A DNA stretch of 64,000 nucleotides. Source: Prorocentrum cordatum (taxonomy: Eukaryota). The position numbers and the translations under genes are program-made. The notes beneath the pieces are model-generated. The model was not told the origin of the DNA. It saw only the letters and a list, made by a program, of their open reading frames with translations, and searched no databases. This document shows, in pieces, positions 9,646-23,625 of the stretch; position 1 is the first letter of the stretch, and each line of letters begins with the position of its first letter. The stretch is taken from contig CAUYUJ010000159.1 of NCBI GenBank assembly GCA_963575745.1, positions 1 to 64,000 on the forward strand, read 5' to 3'.

Positions 9646-12232
9646 ACTGACATACTTGCTTTCTGTACGTTTTGCGGTCAGTGATGATCTCCTGCTTCTT
9701 TGCCCTTTTGTCCCAGGCCTCTGGCGTCTTGGTCTTGCCGCCCTTGGTACGGATTATCGCGCCAGTCTCGTCCCTTTTGGCACAGTATTCCTTAGAATAC
9801 CAGTGCCGAAGAGTATCCATAGAGTAGCCGGGGTACCATTGGATGTACCAATCCGGCACCTGTTGAGCAGATACTCCAACGGAGTGCTCAGTGCTGTATG
9901 GATAGCCCGATTCATCATGCGTAGGGCGTCTAGGAGCTGAGCGGCTCCTTCCTCGGGCTGGCCCCGCTGACGCACTACCACGTGTCACTGGCCTTTGATC
10001 GTCATGCTCTGAGTCTCGGGGAGGCGACGGTCGCCTGTCCCTCTTGGCGTACCGCATGTCCTCCGAGTCCTCTGAGCTGTCCTGGACCATGAACTCGTTT
10101 TGATACGGGCTTCTGAAGTATCCGATGTCATTTAACTGCTCCATCGAGAGGTCGTTAATGTTCATTTGATCGCAACCTTGCATGAATACATCCATAGACC
10201 AAGCGGGTGGCCCCGCGGTTGTGTCTAGCATCTCTTCGGCGGGTGACCCCGCTAGAGCTTGGAGTGCTGTAAGCATCTGAGATGCTGACATGTTCGAATC
10301 CAAGTATGGACGTAGACGGGCAACTCCTGGGTGCGACAGCAGTTCGCTCATCGTCATCTGCTGCTGTGCTGGCGCACTCAAGAGTCGGATTGCTTCTGAA
10401 ACCTGCTCGTGGAGCATGTCGTTATAATCTTCTTCGGATTCTTCGGAGTCGGAATACGCGGGATGGCCCCGCATTTCGTCATCGGCGTCTCCCATCTCCG
10501 AGCCAGCCCACGACGGATTTTGCAGCAACGGCATGCCAATCACTTGTGGGGCCAGCGCGGCGGTGAGTTCTTCCTCTGTTGCCGGGACAGTCTCGGCTTC
10601 GGAGACCTCGTCACCGGCGGGTGGCCCCGCTGGAAGACCAAACCAAGCATTGTACGCAATCTCATCGACCTCGTCCCAACCGTGGAACTCGTCGAAGAGG
10701 GTCACTGCGTAGTCTTCCAGGGCCACGGTTGCTTCAGCATAGCGGGCCATCACGTAATACGTGGAGGAGCCCGCAGCGGGAGCCGCTTCTGGATTGACGT
10801 AAAACTCGTAGTCAATGTAATCTATGTCATCCATAAAAGAATTTTGAGCCAAATGTACGGATCCCTTTCCTTTCCCTTTCGGGCATTGATCGCGCAAGTG
10901 CTCTGTGCTGCCGCATGTATGACACTTCATAGTATTACCAGAAGCGTCCCTAGGGTTGCCCCTCCGCCCCTTTCCCTTACCGGAGGTCCGCCTGTGACCC
11001 TGACCTTTGCCTCCGATAAGAACTTCTTCAAAAGCCATATCAGTTAAGGACGTGAGGAAAGCAGTAATACCCCTACCATGCATACGGCGTCTGCGACCCC
11101 CTTTACCACGACCCTTTCCAAATTGTTTGAAATGTCGGCGTACTGCACGTCTCACTTTCCTGACTGGTTTCTTCATAAAGCGCCTCCAACGGCGTTTTGA
11201 TTTGCGATAAGCCATAAAGGCGGCTTCCGCCCTTTGCTGTTCAGAAAGGTGAGTGTCGTCCGCTGGATAGTCATTACCAGCAGAGACTATTCCATTGTGC
11301 TCATCGTCAGATGAAGTATCTGTGTCAGTGCCAGATTCAAACGGTGAGGGTGGCTGAAACCATTGAGCGGATGACTCCGCTTGGCCCCAGAGGGTTGTGC
11401 CCGAGGGCGGGCTTGCAGTGTAGGCGGCGCCTGGCGAGTAGTTCGACCAGGCGTTTGCCTCAGCTGCCTCTGCCGATACCTGGCCGGTCTGCCCTAGAAG
11501 GGCAGTGGCCTCGTTGGGCATATCGGCTGGGTCAGCCCAGGGATTTGGCTCGCCAGGACCAGCGGGTGACCCCGCAGTCGTGGCATAGACACCTGCATGT
11601 GAGTGGTGCCCTGTGAAGATACCCGCTATGTTGCCAGGAGAGCGCTCGGCGACATGTCCGTAGTTCCTCATCCTGGTCATCAGCCTGTCATAGTCTGCTT
11701 GTGTTCGGGGCATCTGATGATTGAAGGGCTCAAGCAGGTGTTGGGCTCGTGACGCGCCAACGCCTAACGCTCTGAAGAGAATCAGCGTTAGGATCTGAAA
11801 GTTGGGGATGACAAAGCCAACAGAGTTAGCCACGTCACGGGCCATCTCGAATCGAGCTAATACCGAGTCGATTCGCTCGCCCCTTTCGACGCGGAAGTCG
11901 ATAAGGGCCGTGCCAGAGTTGAGCTGGCGCTCATCTTCCAGATTTTCAAATTTGGTGCTCAGTAAGTACAGTATGTAGGTTACTGCATCCGTTGGCTGTC
12001 CATTGACAGTTACACCATAATTGATGATCTGGGAGGGGACCTGCATGGCGATACGACGAGCAAGACCTTGAAGGCCTCGTTGTAGTGCTGCAGCTTGTTG
12101 TGGTGGTGTCATATTGCCGCACGTTACGTTTAACCATGCATGTACTTCGCGAACATATTCGCGAAAAGGCGTAGTACCGGCAGGGTCCCATGAAGGGCCA
12201 GTAGTACGCGTGTCGTCCATCCCCTGCCGCAT
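9410..12232 (-). CDS. gag: Gag-like protein with CCHC zinc knuckle (ORF track 9410..12808; real start probably downstream of the LTR/PBS)
   Basis: CHTCGSTEHLRDQC (CX2CX4HX4C) at ~10883-10925, preceded by basic GKGKG-rich segments. Helical capsid-like N-terminus (FREYVREVHAW...). Confidence 0.8.
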   Translation of the reverse strand: MRQGMDDTRTTGPSWDPAGTTPFREYVREVHAWLNVTCGNMTPPQQAAALQRGLQGLARRIAMQVPSQIINYGVTVNGQPTDAVTYILYLLSTKFENLEDERQLNSGTALIDFRVERGERIDSVLARFEMARDVANSVGFVIPNFQILTLILFRALGVGASRAQHLLEPFNHQMPRTQADYDRLMTRMRNYGHVAERSPGNIAGIFTGHHSHAGVYATTAGSPAGPGEPNPWADPADMPNEATALLGQTGQVSAEAAEANAWSNYSPGAAYTASPPSGTTLWGQAESSAQWFQPPSPFESGTDTDTSSDDEHNGIVSAGNDYPADDTHLSEQQRAEAAFMAYRKSKRRWRRFMKKPVRKVRRAVRRHFKQFGKGRGKGGRRRRMHGRGITAFLTSLTDMAFEEVLIGGKGQGHRRTSGKGKGRRGNPRDASGNTMKCHTCGSTEHLRDQCPKGKGKGSVHLAQNSFMDDIDYIDYEFYVNPEAAPAAGSSTYYVMARYAEATVALEDYAVTLFDEFHGWDEVDEIAYNAWFGLPAGPPAGDEVSEAETVPATEEELTAALAPQVIGMPLLQNPSWAGSEMGDADDEMRGHPAYSDSEESEEDYNDMLHEQVSEAIRLLSAPAQQQMTMSELLSHPGVARLRPYLDSNMSASQMLTALQALAGSPAEEMLDTTAGPPAWSMDVFMQGCDQMNINDLSMEQLNDIGYFRSPYQNEFMVQDSSEDSEDMRYAKRDRRPSPPRDSEHDDQRPVTRGSASAGPARGRSRSAPRRPTHDESGYPYSTEHSVGVSAQQVPDWYIQWYPGYSMDTLRHWYSKEYCAKRDETGAIIRTKGGKTKTPEAWDKRAKKQEIITDRKTYRKQVCQCEPFKGHMRRCPMDRPSRSPHHGETPWNWSHGDDAGNVHDPNKEVPGGGKRITEADRVRPYDRRGGQHRQGKLGRASQ

Positions 12233-12580
12233 GTATCCCACAGCACATCCCATTATTACCCACAGAATGCCGAAGATTGTTATCTTGATCCAATGCATGT
12301 GCATTTCGGCTTCGGTGATTGGTTTGGGCTGTGGTTTGTCAGGCTCTGGCGTGGTAGCCGTGAGGCGCCTGACCGGCACGGGATGCAGGTGGCCCCGCTG
12401 CGAGTAGCCCCGCAGGGTGACCACGTTCTCGATCGAGTTGCCGATTGGCATCTGGTGGAAGTCGGGAGTGAAGTAGCGCAGTGCCGTAGGAGAGAGCGTC
12501 TCGAGTTCGCGGGTTGCCCCGCTAGCTCGATCGCGGACTGGCTCCGCTCCTCGCAGAGCCGACGCAACATGGTATTCCAC

Positions 12581-12598
12581 CGTGGTAGTAGTCCACCA
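12581..12598 (-). promoter_or_regulatory. Putative primer-binding site (TGGTGGAC..., compatible with a tRNA ending ...UCCACCA such as tRNA-Ala)
   Basis: TGG-starting motif 3 nt after the putative LTR-terminal CA. Confidence 0.4.
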
Positions 12599-12601
12599 AG
12601 T

Positions 12602-12912
12602 TGTGCCGTGGATTACAGGAATCAGAGCGAGAGCCAGCCACACGAGAGTGTAGCCAGCTCCGCTACCAAGTCGAAAACAAGCTGGTAAGCTTAGGTATGT
12701 GTTACGCATTAGGCGTTGCCATATCCCAGGCTTTGGCTCATAGCGCATGAGCAAGAGAGCGAGACGAAGCATGGGATCTGGAGTAAAGAGTAGGATGGGC
12801 ATCGTCAATGGAAAAGGATGTTTTCCGATCTCGGATGCAAGTAGTGCGCCTCAGTGAGGCACAGTCACATATCTGGCCGGGCCCGGCTTGAGCCAGGCAC
12901 GGCAGCGGTACA
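12602..12912 (-). repeat. Putative 5' LTR of element A
   Basis: On the minus strand it begins TGTACCG and ends CGGCACA (6/7 inverted termini), followed after 3 nt by TGG. The second LTR is not in the window, so this is unconfirmed. Confidence 0.5.
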
Positions 12913-13899
12913 TGCTCGATTTATATCTCGCCTTTAACCTTCTCCGTTTAAAGTGCGTGCACCACCATTACTTTTGCAGATCCCTGGGCGTCCATGGCGT
13001 TGGGGCCACGAAGGCTGCCAAGACAATCGAGGAAGGCTATCAAAATCGCCAAGACAGCATGAATTGGCTCCAAGACGGCCCAAAATGACCCCATCATGGC
13101 CCACAATTGCCTCAAGATGGCCCAAATTAGGCCCCCAAACGGCTCAGGATGATCCAAGAGGAACCTCAAGAGAGCCCGACGAGGTAAAAAACAATGGTCT
13201 TCTTTTGGTGTTTCATTGCTTGTGGGAATTATCACGCTTCGGTCGTCAGCTCAAGACGGTCCAGGAGGCCATCACGATTGCCTCAACGGGGCCCATGAGA
13301 GCTCCAACATGATTTGACAAGCGTCCAAGATGGCCTCAACAGTACCCAAGAGGGCGCATAGACTGATCTGGGGACTCTTCTTTTTCTCCGAGGCCATGAT
13401 TGAAGATCGCCCGAGTGTGCCCTGTGCAATCGCGGACAAGTGAGGAAACAACTCAGCATGCGTCACGAACCCTTGAAAAAACAGTGCAACCAGCGCGGGG
13501 TCGCGAATCTCTGGCCCCTCGAAGTAAGACTTCAGCAAGCACAAGCGCTGAGGGCATCGCGAAGAAGCCGCACACGCACCTTGAACGGTGTGAAACAGAC
13601 TGCCGCTCAACTCCTTGTGCTGCAAGCTAAGCCGAACTGCTTTCACGATCTGGTCTTCCTCTTAAGCAACCCATCAAGTAGCAAGAGGTTTGGTAGCCCT
13701 TCCGACTTGGGACATCATGTTTCGGAATTCCCCTCCCTCCATCCTCCTCCTCCTCCGTAGCCGCGGCATGACCAATCCCTGCAAGGAGGGGTGATGAATC
13801 CAATCACTCCGACGGTAGGACCCCGCACGAGAATCTGTTTAACTTGCCCCTCGCCCTTTTCCTCTTTGACTGGCAGAGGCCCTCCTCTCACCCTCTGCG

Positions 13900-16800
13900 T
13901 CCTCCTCCTCCTCTTCCCCCTCCTCCTCGTCGTCCTCCTCCTCCTCTACCTTCTTGTCCTACTCGTTACATGTCTTATTATCATCCTCCTCCTCTTCCTG
14001 CTGCTCCTCCTCCTTCTCTTGCTCCTCCTCCCTTCTCCTCCTCTTCCTCGGCGTATTAGTTGTATTACTTTTCGTAGTATCTGTTTTTTTCCTCGCCTTT
14101 GTCTTATTATTAGCATCGGTAGTCTGCTCGGTATAAGTATGATACCGGAGAAAAAACCCAATCACGGCTATACGGCTAGGGGGCTATAGGGCTAGAGGGC
14201 TATTGAACTATAGGGCTATAGAGCTATAGGGCTATAGAGTTGTAGGGCTATAGGGTTAGAGGGCTATAGGGCACCCCCGAGCACCCTCGGGCAAGCCCGG
14301 GCACCCGGGCACCCCTGGGTACCCCCCGGGCACCCGGGCGTGCAGCGAAAATCGGCGGCCAACCTCACCCCCGGGCACCCCCGGGCACCCGGGCGTGCAG
14401 CGAAAATCGGGGGCAAACCTATTCGAACCATATGAATCAGCTAGGACCCCTACAGAGGCAAGCTCTGAGTGGGGAATTAGTCGTACTGATAATATTACAA
14501 TTGTTAGTATTATTGGTATTAGCGTGAACATTCGTAGTCATCGTCTTGATTATTAGCATTAACAATAATATCCTTCGTCGCAATATTACTATATCTATCG
14601 TTCACATGTTTTGGATTCGTCTTCATCTGTTCTTCCCATTATTACCCTTATTATCCTTAGTAGTGTTATTAAGATTTGTCTTCTGCATCATCTTACGATG
14701 ATCATGCCTCCCCCGTCTTATTCTTGTTATTCGCCTTCAACGTTTTACTCTTCTTCGCCCTACTATGATTCTTAATGCTATTAGCATTCGTAGTCGTATT
14801 AACCGCCGTGTTCTTCTCAGTGTCGTTCGCATTTGCAGTCGTAGTATTATAACTATTCGCGTTCGACATATGAGTATGAAATCATTATTTCTATGTTTCC
14901 TAGTCGTAGTAGCCTTCATATTCTTCGGAATAGTATCCGTACGCTGTCCAGGATTCTCAGTATTCGTCTGGGTCTTCTCATTACCATGGTGCGTCGTCTT
15001 TTTCATAGTATTACTAGTATTACTACAATTCGCACGCGTACTATTAATACTAATAAGATTGTTCGTCTTCGTCCTTCTCCCCCTCCTCCTCCGCCTCCTC
15101 CGTCTCGTCCGTCTCATCCGTCCCCTCCGCCTCCTCCGCCTCCTCCACCACCTCGGCCTCCACGGCCTCCTCCTCCTCCTCATTGACCTTCTCCTCCACC
15201 TCCCCCATCCTCCTCCTCCTCCTCCTCCATATCCGCCTCTTCCTCCTTCTCCTTCATATCCGCCTTATCCTCCTCCTCCTCCATCTCCTTCTCCTCCTCC
15301 TCCTCCTCCTCCTCCTCCTCTCCTCCTCCTCATCGTCTATCATACTCTCATAATCCTCCTCCACTTCATCCTCAGCCTTCCTGCTCCTATTCAGCCTTTT
15401 TCCTCCTCACTCCTCCTCCTCCTCCTCCTCCTCCACCTCCTCCATCGCCTCCTACTTCTGCCTCCTCCTCCACCTCCTCCTCCTCACTCCTCTCCCTATG
15501 TTCTCCTCCCTACGCCTCCGCCTCCCCCCTGCTCCTCCCGCTCCCCCCGCCCCCGCTTCCTCCTCCCCTCCGCCACCACCTCCTCCTCATCCTCTTCCCT
15601 CCTCCCTCATCCGCTTCCTCCTCTCCTCATCCACCTCTTTCGCTTCTCTTTTTTTTCCACCTAATCCTCCTCCTCCTCCTCCTCCAACTCCTGCTCCTCT
15701 CCCCCATTGCTCCCCCTCCGCTTCCTCCTCCTCGACTCCTCCTCCTCCCTCCTCTTCCTCCTCCTTTCTCCTCCTCCCGCTCTTCCCGTGTCCTCCTCCT
15801 CCTCCTCCGCCCTCTTCCTTTTCCTTTTCCTCCGCCTCCTCCCTCCTCCCCTTCTCCTCCTCCTCCTCCTCCTCCTCCTCCTCCTGCCCCGCCCTCATTC
15901 CCCTCCTCCTTCTCCTCCTCATCATTATTATCCTGCCCTTGATATTAGTATTAAGATTTGTATGTGTATTACGATTCGTAGTGCTATTATTCATCGTATT
16001 ATTATTCGGATTGTTATTATTAGTTTCATTGTTCATCGTATTCCTCTTAGCATTAGTAGTCGTAGAAGTATGAGTTATCTTGTTATTCTTCTTCGTATTA
16101 TGAATCATACTCTTCGTCATCGTATGCTTAGTCTTCTTTTCCGTCTTCTTCTTCCGCATCCTCCACCTCCTCCTGCTCCTCTCCCCACTCCCCCTCCTCC
16201 TCTTCCTCGTCCTCCTCCTCCGCCTGTTCCCCCTCCTCCTCTGATGATCCTCGTTCGTCTTCTTATTCTTCTTACCAGATGTATTACTAGAACAGTATCG
16301 CTAATACAAGTATTTGTTCCTGTATGATTCGTATTCGTGGTATCGACATTGCCATTATGAATATCAATCGGGGTGTCCGTATTATCCTTCATATTGTTAG
16401 TCTAATTCTGCTTCGTACTAGTGTTATTATTCATAAACTGATTATTCTTCTACGTATTAATACTCGTATTCCGCATTCGCCTCCTCCTCCGGTTCCTCCT
16501 CCTCATCCTCATCCTCCTCCTCTTCCGCCTCCTCCTCCTCCTCTTCCTCCTCCTCCTCATCATCCGCCCCCCCCCGGCTCCCCTTCCTCTTCGTTCTCCT
16601 CCTCCCTTCTCTTTTCTCCCCCCTCCTCCCCTCCTCTCCTACTCCTCCTTCCTCCTCCTCCTACCTCCTCCTCCCCTCCTCCTCCTCTTCCCCCAGTTCC
16701 TCCTCCTCCTCCTCCTCCTCCTCGTCCTCCTTCTCCCTCCCCCGTCTCCCACCTCCCTATCATATCCCCCCTCCCTCCCTCCGTCCTCCCCTCCCATCCC

Positions 16801-17372
16801 TCCTCCCTCCCTTCCGCCCCTCCCTCCTGACTCTCCTTCCTCCTCGATCCCTCCCTCCTCCTCCTCTCCTCCTCCTCCTCCTCCTTCCTCCTCCTCCTCC
16901 TCCTCCTCCTCCTCCCCATCATCATCGACCTCCTCCTCCTCCTCCTCCTCCTTCTCATGTTCCTCCTGTTCCTCCGCCACCGCTCTCTCGACCTCCTCCT
17001 CATCCTCCTCATCCTCTTCATGCCCCTCCTCCTCCTCCACCTCCGCCTCCTTTTCCTCCTCCCTCACGTCCTCCCCCTCATCATTATCAGCAACAGCAGT
17101 ATCGTCAGCACCAGCAGCATCAGCATCAGTCTGATCGCCATCGCATTTTTTGTTCATCGCCATCATCAGCATCGCCATCACCATCGTCACCCCCATCACA
17201 ATCATCACCCAGCTCATCACCAGAATCATGACCATCCGCGTCATCAGCATAAGCATCATCAACACACCCGATGCTCCTCGGACTCATCATCATTCTCACC
17301 ACCAGAAACATCAGCATCGTGACCATCACCATCATCACCAGCAGCATCCACAACAACAACATCATCATCATC

Positions 17373-17404
<32 letters not shown>

Positions 17405-18075
17405 CATCGCCACCATTACCACCACGCACAACAGCAAAAACAGCAGTAACACCACAGCCAGCATCAACACCACTGCGAAAACCACCATCATCATCAACGC
17501 CACCATCACCACCACCGTCATCCTCACCATCATCACCATCAACATCACCACCATCATCATAATCATCAACCGGAACATCACCACCACCGCCGTCATCAGC
17601 AGTATCATCACCATCAACAGCAGCATCAGCCTCATCACCAACATGAGCATCATCATCATCACCATCATCATCATTGACGTGAACATCCTCAACATCAACA
17701 ACATCAGCATCATGAAAATCGTTACTAACAGTTTCCTCCGCATCGTCCCCCTCTTCCTCCTCAGTATCATGTTCCTCCTCTTCATCCCCCTCCTCCATCC
17801 CCGACCCCTCCTCCTCCTCATCATCATCATCACCAGCACCACCATCATCATGATTCCTCCTCCTCCCCGTCGTTATCATCATCAGCACCACCTTCAGCAA
17901 CATCATCGTTATATCACCAACAGCATCGTCAGCGGCACCAGCAGCAAGCAACAATATCCTCCTCGTCCTCCTTCTTCCCATCCTCTTTACCTTCTCCATC
18001 ACGTTTATTATCCTTGTTTCCCTCCTCCTCCTCATCGTCCTTGTCCTCCTCCTGATCACGTCCTCCTCCTCAGTT
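13900..18075. repeat. Degenerate (CCT)n / (TAT/CGT)n / (CAT)n microsatellite mosaic, with TAGGGCTA and CCCGGGCA short repeats at ~14170-14410
   Basis: Directly visible low-complexity triplet runs. Confidence 0.9.
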
Positions 18076-18188
18076 TCCCCTTTCTTCAGCTCCATCCCGT
18101 CTGTTTTCCCCATGCACCATTCCTTCCTCCTGGCAGGGGCGCGCGCGCCGACGCCGTTGGGACAACCCCGCAGGCACCGAGCTGGTCT

Positions 18189-20052
<1,864 letters not shown>

Positions 20053-20544
20053 GAGCTAGTCGCGGCCGCGCCCAGGCGGGAGGCAACGCGAACTCCAGCT
20101 CTGCCGCGAGCTGCTCCGCCTCGGCCCTGCACTTCAGCCCTGCCCCTCGCCCTTCTCCACTTCGACTGGCGGAGGCCCTCCTCCTCCTCCTCCTCCTCAC
20201 CTCCTCCTATTACCCTCCCTCTCCTTCCTCCCTCCTCCCTTCCTTTCCTAACACCTCCCTCCCTCCTCCTCCTCCTCCCTCCTCGTCCCTCCGGCTCTCC
20301 TCCCTCCTCCCCCTCTCCTCCTTCTCCTCCTTCCCCTCCTCCCTTCCCTCTCCCTCCTCCTCCTCCTCCTCCTCCTCAGATAGCTCAGGGGAGTGGCCCT
20401 TGAGTGCCTGTGGCAGGTCAGCTAAAGATTCCAGTTCCCAGGGGATGGACGCCCTGTTTTCCGAACGCGAGCGCGAGCGCGAGCGCGCCGAAGCGCAGTC
20501 CCCACTTGTAGAAAACTCCCGCTCGAAACTTGTTCGCGAGTCAT

Positions 20545-21770
20545 TCACAAACGAAGACACCGCCTGAGACTTCCTCCACAATCAAGCCTGGAGGGGCCAA
20601 AAATGACGACAGCTACACGTCTGCGACGACACGCTCGGATCAGTAGCATGACCTGTGGGCCCCATGGGGAGGGGGCCCCCGCCGGAGACTTCCTCGCGAA
20701 CCACTCACAGACGAGGCTCCCGCCTGAGACTTCCTCCTTACTCAATCCTGCAAAGGCCGAAAGTCACGACAGGTAAAATATTGCGATGACCGCAGATTAG
20801 TAACATGAGCTGCGGGCCCCACAGGGAGGGTGCTCCCGCTGGAGCCCTTCTCGAAATTCATTCACAGACGAGGCTCCCGCCTCAGAAATCCTCCATACTC
20901 AAACTTGAAGAGGCCAAAAGTGAGAACAGTTGCAAGGTTCCGATGACCCGCCCAGATTAGTAACATGAGATGCGCTTCCCATGGGGAGGGGGCCCCGGCC
21001 GGAGACTTCCTCGCAATTCATTCGCAAACGAGGCTCCTGCCTCAGACTTCCTCCATACTCAAGCTTGAAGAGGCCAAACATGAAGACAGTTACAAGGTCC
21101 CGTTGACCCGCTTGGATTAATAACATTAGCTGCGGGCCCCAAAGGCAGGGGGCTCCCGCATGAGATCCCCTCGTAATGCACTCACATACGAGGTTCCTGC
21201 TTCAGACTTCCTCCTCCATATTCGAGCCTGACAAAGCCCAAAGTAAGGACAGATACAAGAATCCGATGAACCTGTCGGATAAATAGCATGAGCTGCGGGC
21301 CCCATAGGTAGGGGGCTCGCGCCCGACACTTCCTCGCAATTCGCTCAAACACAGCCGAAGCTCCTGCTTGAGACTTCCTCCGCCTTAATGGGCCCCAGAA
21401 ACGGCAGGGCCGTTTTTTTTTCACCGTTTCCGAAAAAAGTGTCCCTTGAAAATGGAAACGGTAAAACACGGCGACCGAAAACGGCAACAACAACGGCTCC
21501 AGGATGGGAACCGGAGCGGGAACCCGTAAAAGAACGGCGACGGAACCAGTAACAAAAACGGTGTCGGAACTGGTAAAAAACGGCCCTGTCGTTTCCAGGG
21601 CCCACTAAGCTCCGCACTCAAGCTTGAAGAGGCCAACAGTGAATGCAACTACAAGGGTCTGATGACCCGCTCGGATCAGTAACATGAGCTGCGGGCTCCA
21701 TCGGGAGGGGGGGGCTCCCGCCTGAGATTTCCTCGCGAGGCGCTCACAGACGAGGCTCCCGCCTGGTCGA
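20545..21770. repeat. ~160-bp tandem satellite (about 6 units); related diverged array at ~46030-46620
   Basis: GCCTGAGACTTCCTCC-like anchor recurs at 20562, 20722, 20879, 21039, 21199 and 21366. Confidence 0.8.
21384..21609. mobile_element. MITE with ~45-bp imperfect TIRs and 6-bp TSD (CTCCGC) inserted in the satellite
   Basis: Left end CTTAATGGGCCCCAGAAACGGCAGGGCCGTTTT; right end reverse complement CTTAGTGGGCCCTGGAAACGACAGGGCCGTTTT. CTCCGC at 21378-21383 and 21610-21615, and the satellite unit resumes in register. Confidence 0.8.
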
Positions 21771-21924
21771 TGATCATAAGGGATGGTGATAGTGATGACA
21801 AGGGTGGTGCGCGATAGTGTTTACGATGGCGATGCGAATGATGGCCAGCGATCGTGACGGGATCATGACATGATAACGAGTGGGTGGGTGATGAGAAAAT
21901 GTGAGCGGTTGGTAGACTGAGTGG

Positions 21925-22036
21925 ATGCTGATGATGATGATGATGATGATGATGATGACGACATTTAGTGACCCTGAGGGGAAGGAGGTAGTGATGTTGG
22001 TTGTGGCTTTGATGATGATGATGATGGTGGTGATGA

Positions 22037-22070
<34 letters not shown>

Positions 22071-22080
22071 GATGATGATG

Positions 22081-22163
<83 letters not shown>

Positions 22164-22177
22164 GGTGGTGGTGGTGG

Positions 22178-22227
<50 letters not shown>

Positions 22228-22250
22228 GTGACGGTGGTGGTGATGAGGAG
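21925..22250. repeat. (GAT)n/(GGT)n microsatellite
   Basis: Directly visible. Confidence 0.9.
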
Positions 22251-22569
22251 GAAGAGAGGGGGAGGATGAGAAGGACTGCGCGGGGTGTCCAGAGAAAACA
22301 AGAACCTCACTTAGGATGTGAGGAAAAAGAGGCGAGGTGCTCGCGCCGTGGCATAGCTTGAATTGGGAAGCACGGCCTGTCAAATCCAGTCCCGCCCTCT
22401 ATCCATCCGCGCAACTAAACCGAGCACGAGCACCGTGGCTCGCTGGGAATAGCGACGCTTCTGTCGACCGCGCAACGCACGGGCCAACAGTGGTCAAGAA
22501 AGTGAGCCTGACCAAACATTATCCTGGCGAAGGACCCAGTCATATGCAGTTGTGAGTACTGTCGTCTGG

Positions 22570-23625
22570 GGTGTCGCCGTTGGGGGATCTCTTCATGGGG
22601 CCATGAAGCATGCGAAGGGTGTGCCGATGTGCGGTGGGGCCGCCATGTGGGCGCTGCCACTGATGCTGTGAGCGGAATGCACTATGAAGCCGCGAAAAGG
22701 GTGAGGTGTGCGCCGCAATGGGGCGGGGCCGCCACTGGGGCCTTTGTGGGTTCCCAATGGGGCCACGAAACGCTGCACTGGGCGCAGGAACCGCATGCGG
22801 ATGCAGCCACTGGGGCCTTCGGTGAGCTCCCCACGGGGTCACGAAGCGCTAAGCTGGGCGGGGGGAGCGCATGCGAACACCGCCTCTGGGGCCTTTAGTG
22901 GAGCTCCCTATGGGGCCACGAATCACTGTACTAGGTGGGGGTGACGCATGCGAACACCGCCACTGCAGCATAATTTGGAGCTCCCTGTGGGGGCACGAAA
23001 CGCTGTGCTGGGCGGGGGAACCGCATGCAAATGCAGCCACTGGGGCCTTCGGTGGAGCTCCTTATGGGGCCGCGAAGCGCTGTACTGAGTGGGGGTGACG
23101 CATTCGGGCGGTGCCACCGGGGCCTGCGGTGGAGCTCCTCCTGTGGCCACGGGGCGCTGTACTGGGTGGGGGTGACGCATGCGGGCGGTGCCACAGGGGC
23201 ATTCGGTGGAGTTCCCTATGGGGCCACGAAACGTGTCTGGGCGCAGAAACCGCATGCGAGCTCTGCCATTGAGACCTTCGGTGGAGCACCCTACGGGGTC
23301 ACGAAGCGCTATATTGGGCGCAGGAAACGCATGTGAGCTCTGCCACTGGGACCTTTTGTGGAGCTGCCTATGAGGCCACGAAGCGCTGTGCTGGGCGCAA
23401 GAAACGCATGCGAGTTCCACCACTGGGGCATTCGGTGGAGCTCCCTATGGGGCCACGAAGCGCCGCACTGTGCGCAGGACATGCGAGTTCCGCCACTGGG
23501 ACCTTCGGTGGAGCTCCCTATGGGGCCACGAAGCGCTGCAGTGGGCGCAAGAAACGCATGCGAGTTCCGCCACTGGGACCTTCGGCGGAGGTCCGTATGG
23601 GGCCACGAAGCGCTGTGCTGGGCGG
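22570..23625. repeat. ~75-77-bp GC-rich tandem satellite (about 13 units)
   Basis: GCCACTGGGGCCTTCGGTGGAGCTCCCTATGGGGCCACGAAGCGCTGT...GCATGCG recurs at ~76-nt spacing. Confidence 0.9.

Larger units (their letters stand above)
1..12912 (-). mobile_element. Ty1/copia-like LTR retrotransposon (element A), 3' part (rest of IN, RT/RH, 3' LTR) beyond left window edge; partly degenerate
   Basis: Minus-strand order is Gag CCHC knuckle, aspartic protease (LDIGS), then integrase HHCC and core start, with no RT before the integrase, which is copia order. Frameshifts, in-frame stops and A-rich patches interrupt the polyprotein. Confidence 0.85.

Noticed and set aside
12233..12808. Signal-peptide/TM-like N-terminus of ORF 9410..12808
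   Set aside because: It overlaps the putative LTR and PBS, so at least the distal part is probably untranslated leader. The exact start is uncertain.
14170..14270. Telomere-like repeat
   Set aside because: The unit is TAGGGCTA-like, short and degenerate, not a canonical TTTAGGG array.
22570..23625. CRISPR-like array
   Set aside because: The whole unit is repeated with scattered divergence. There are no unique spacers and no cas genes.
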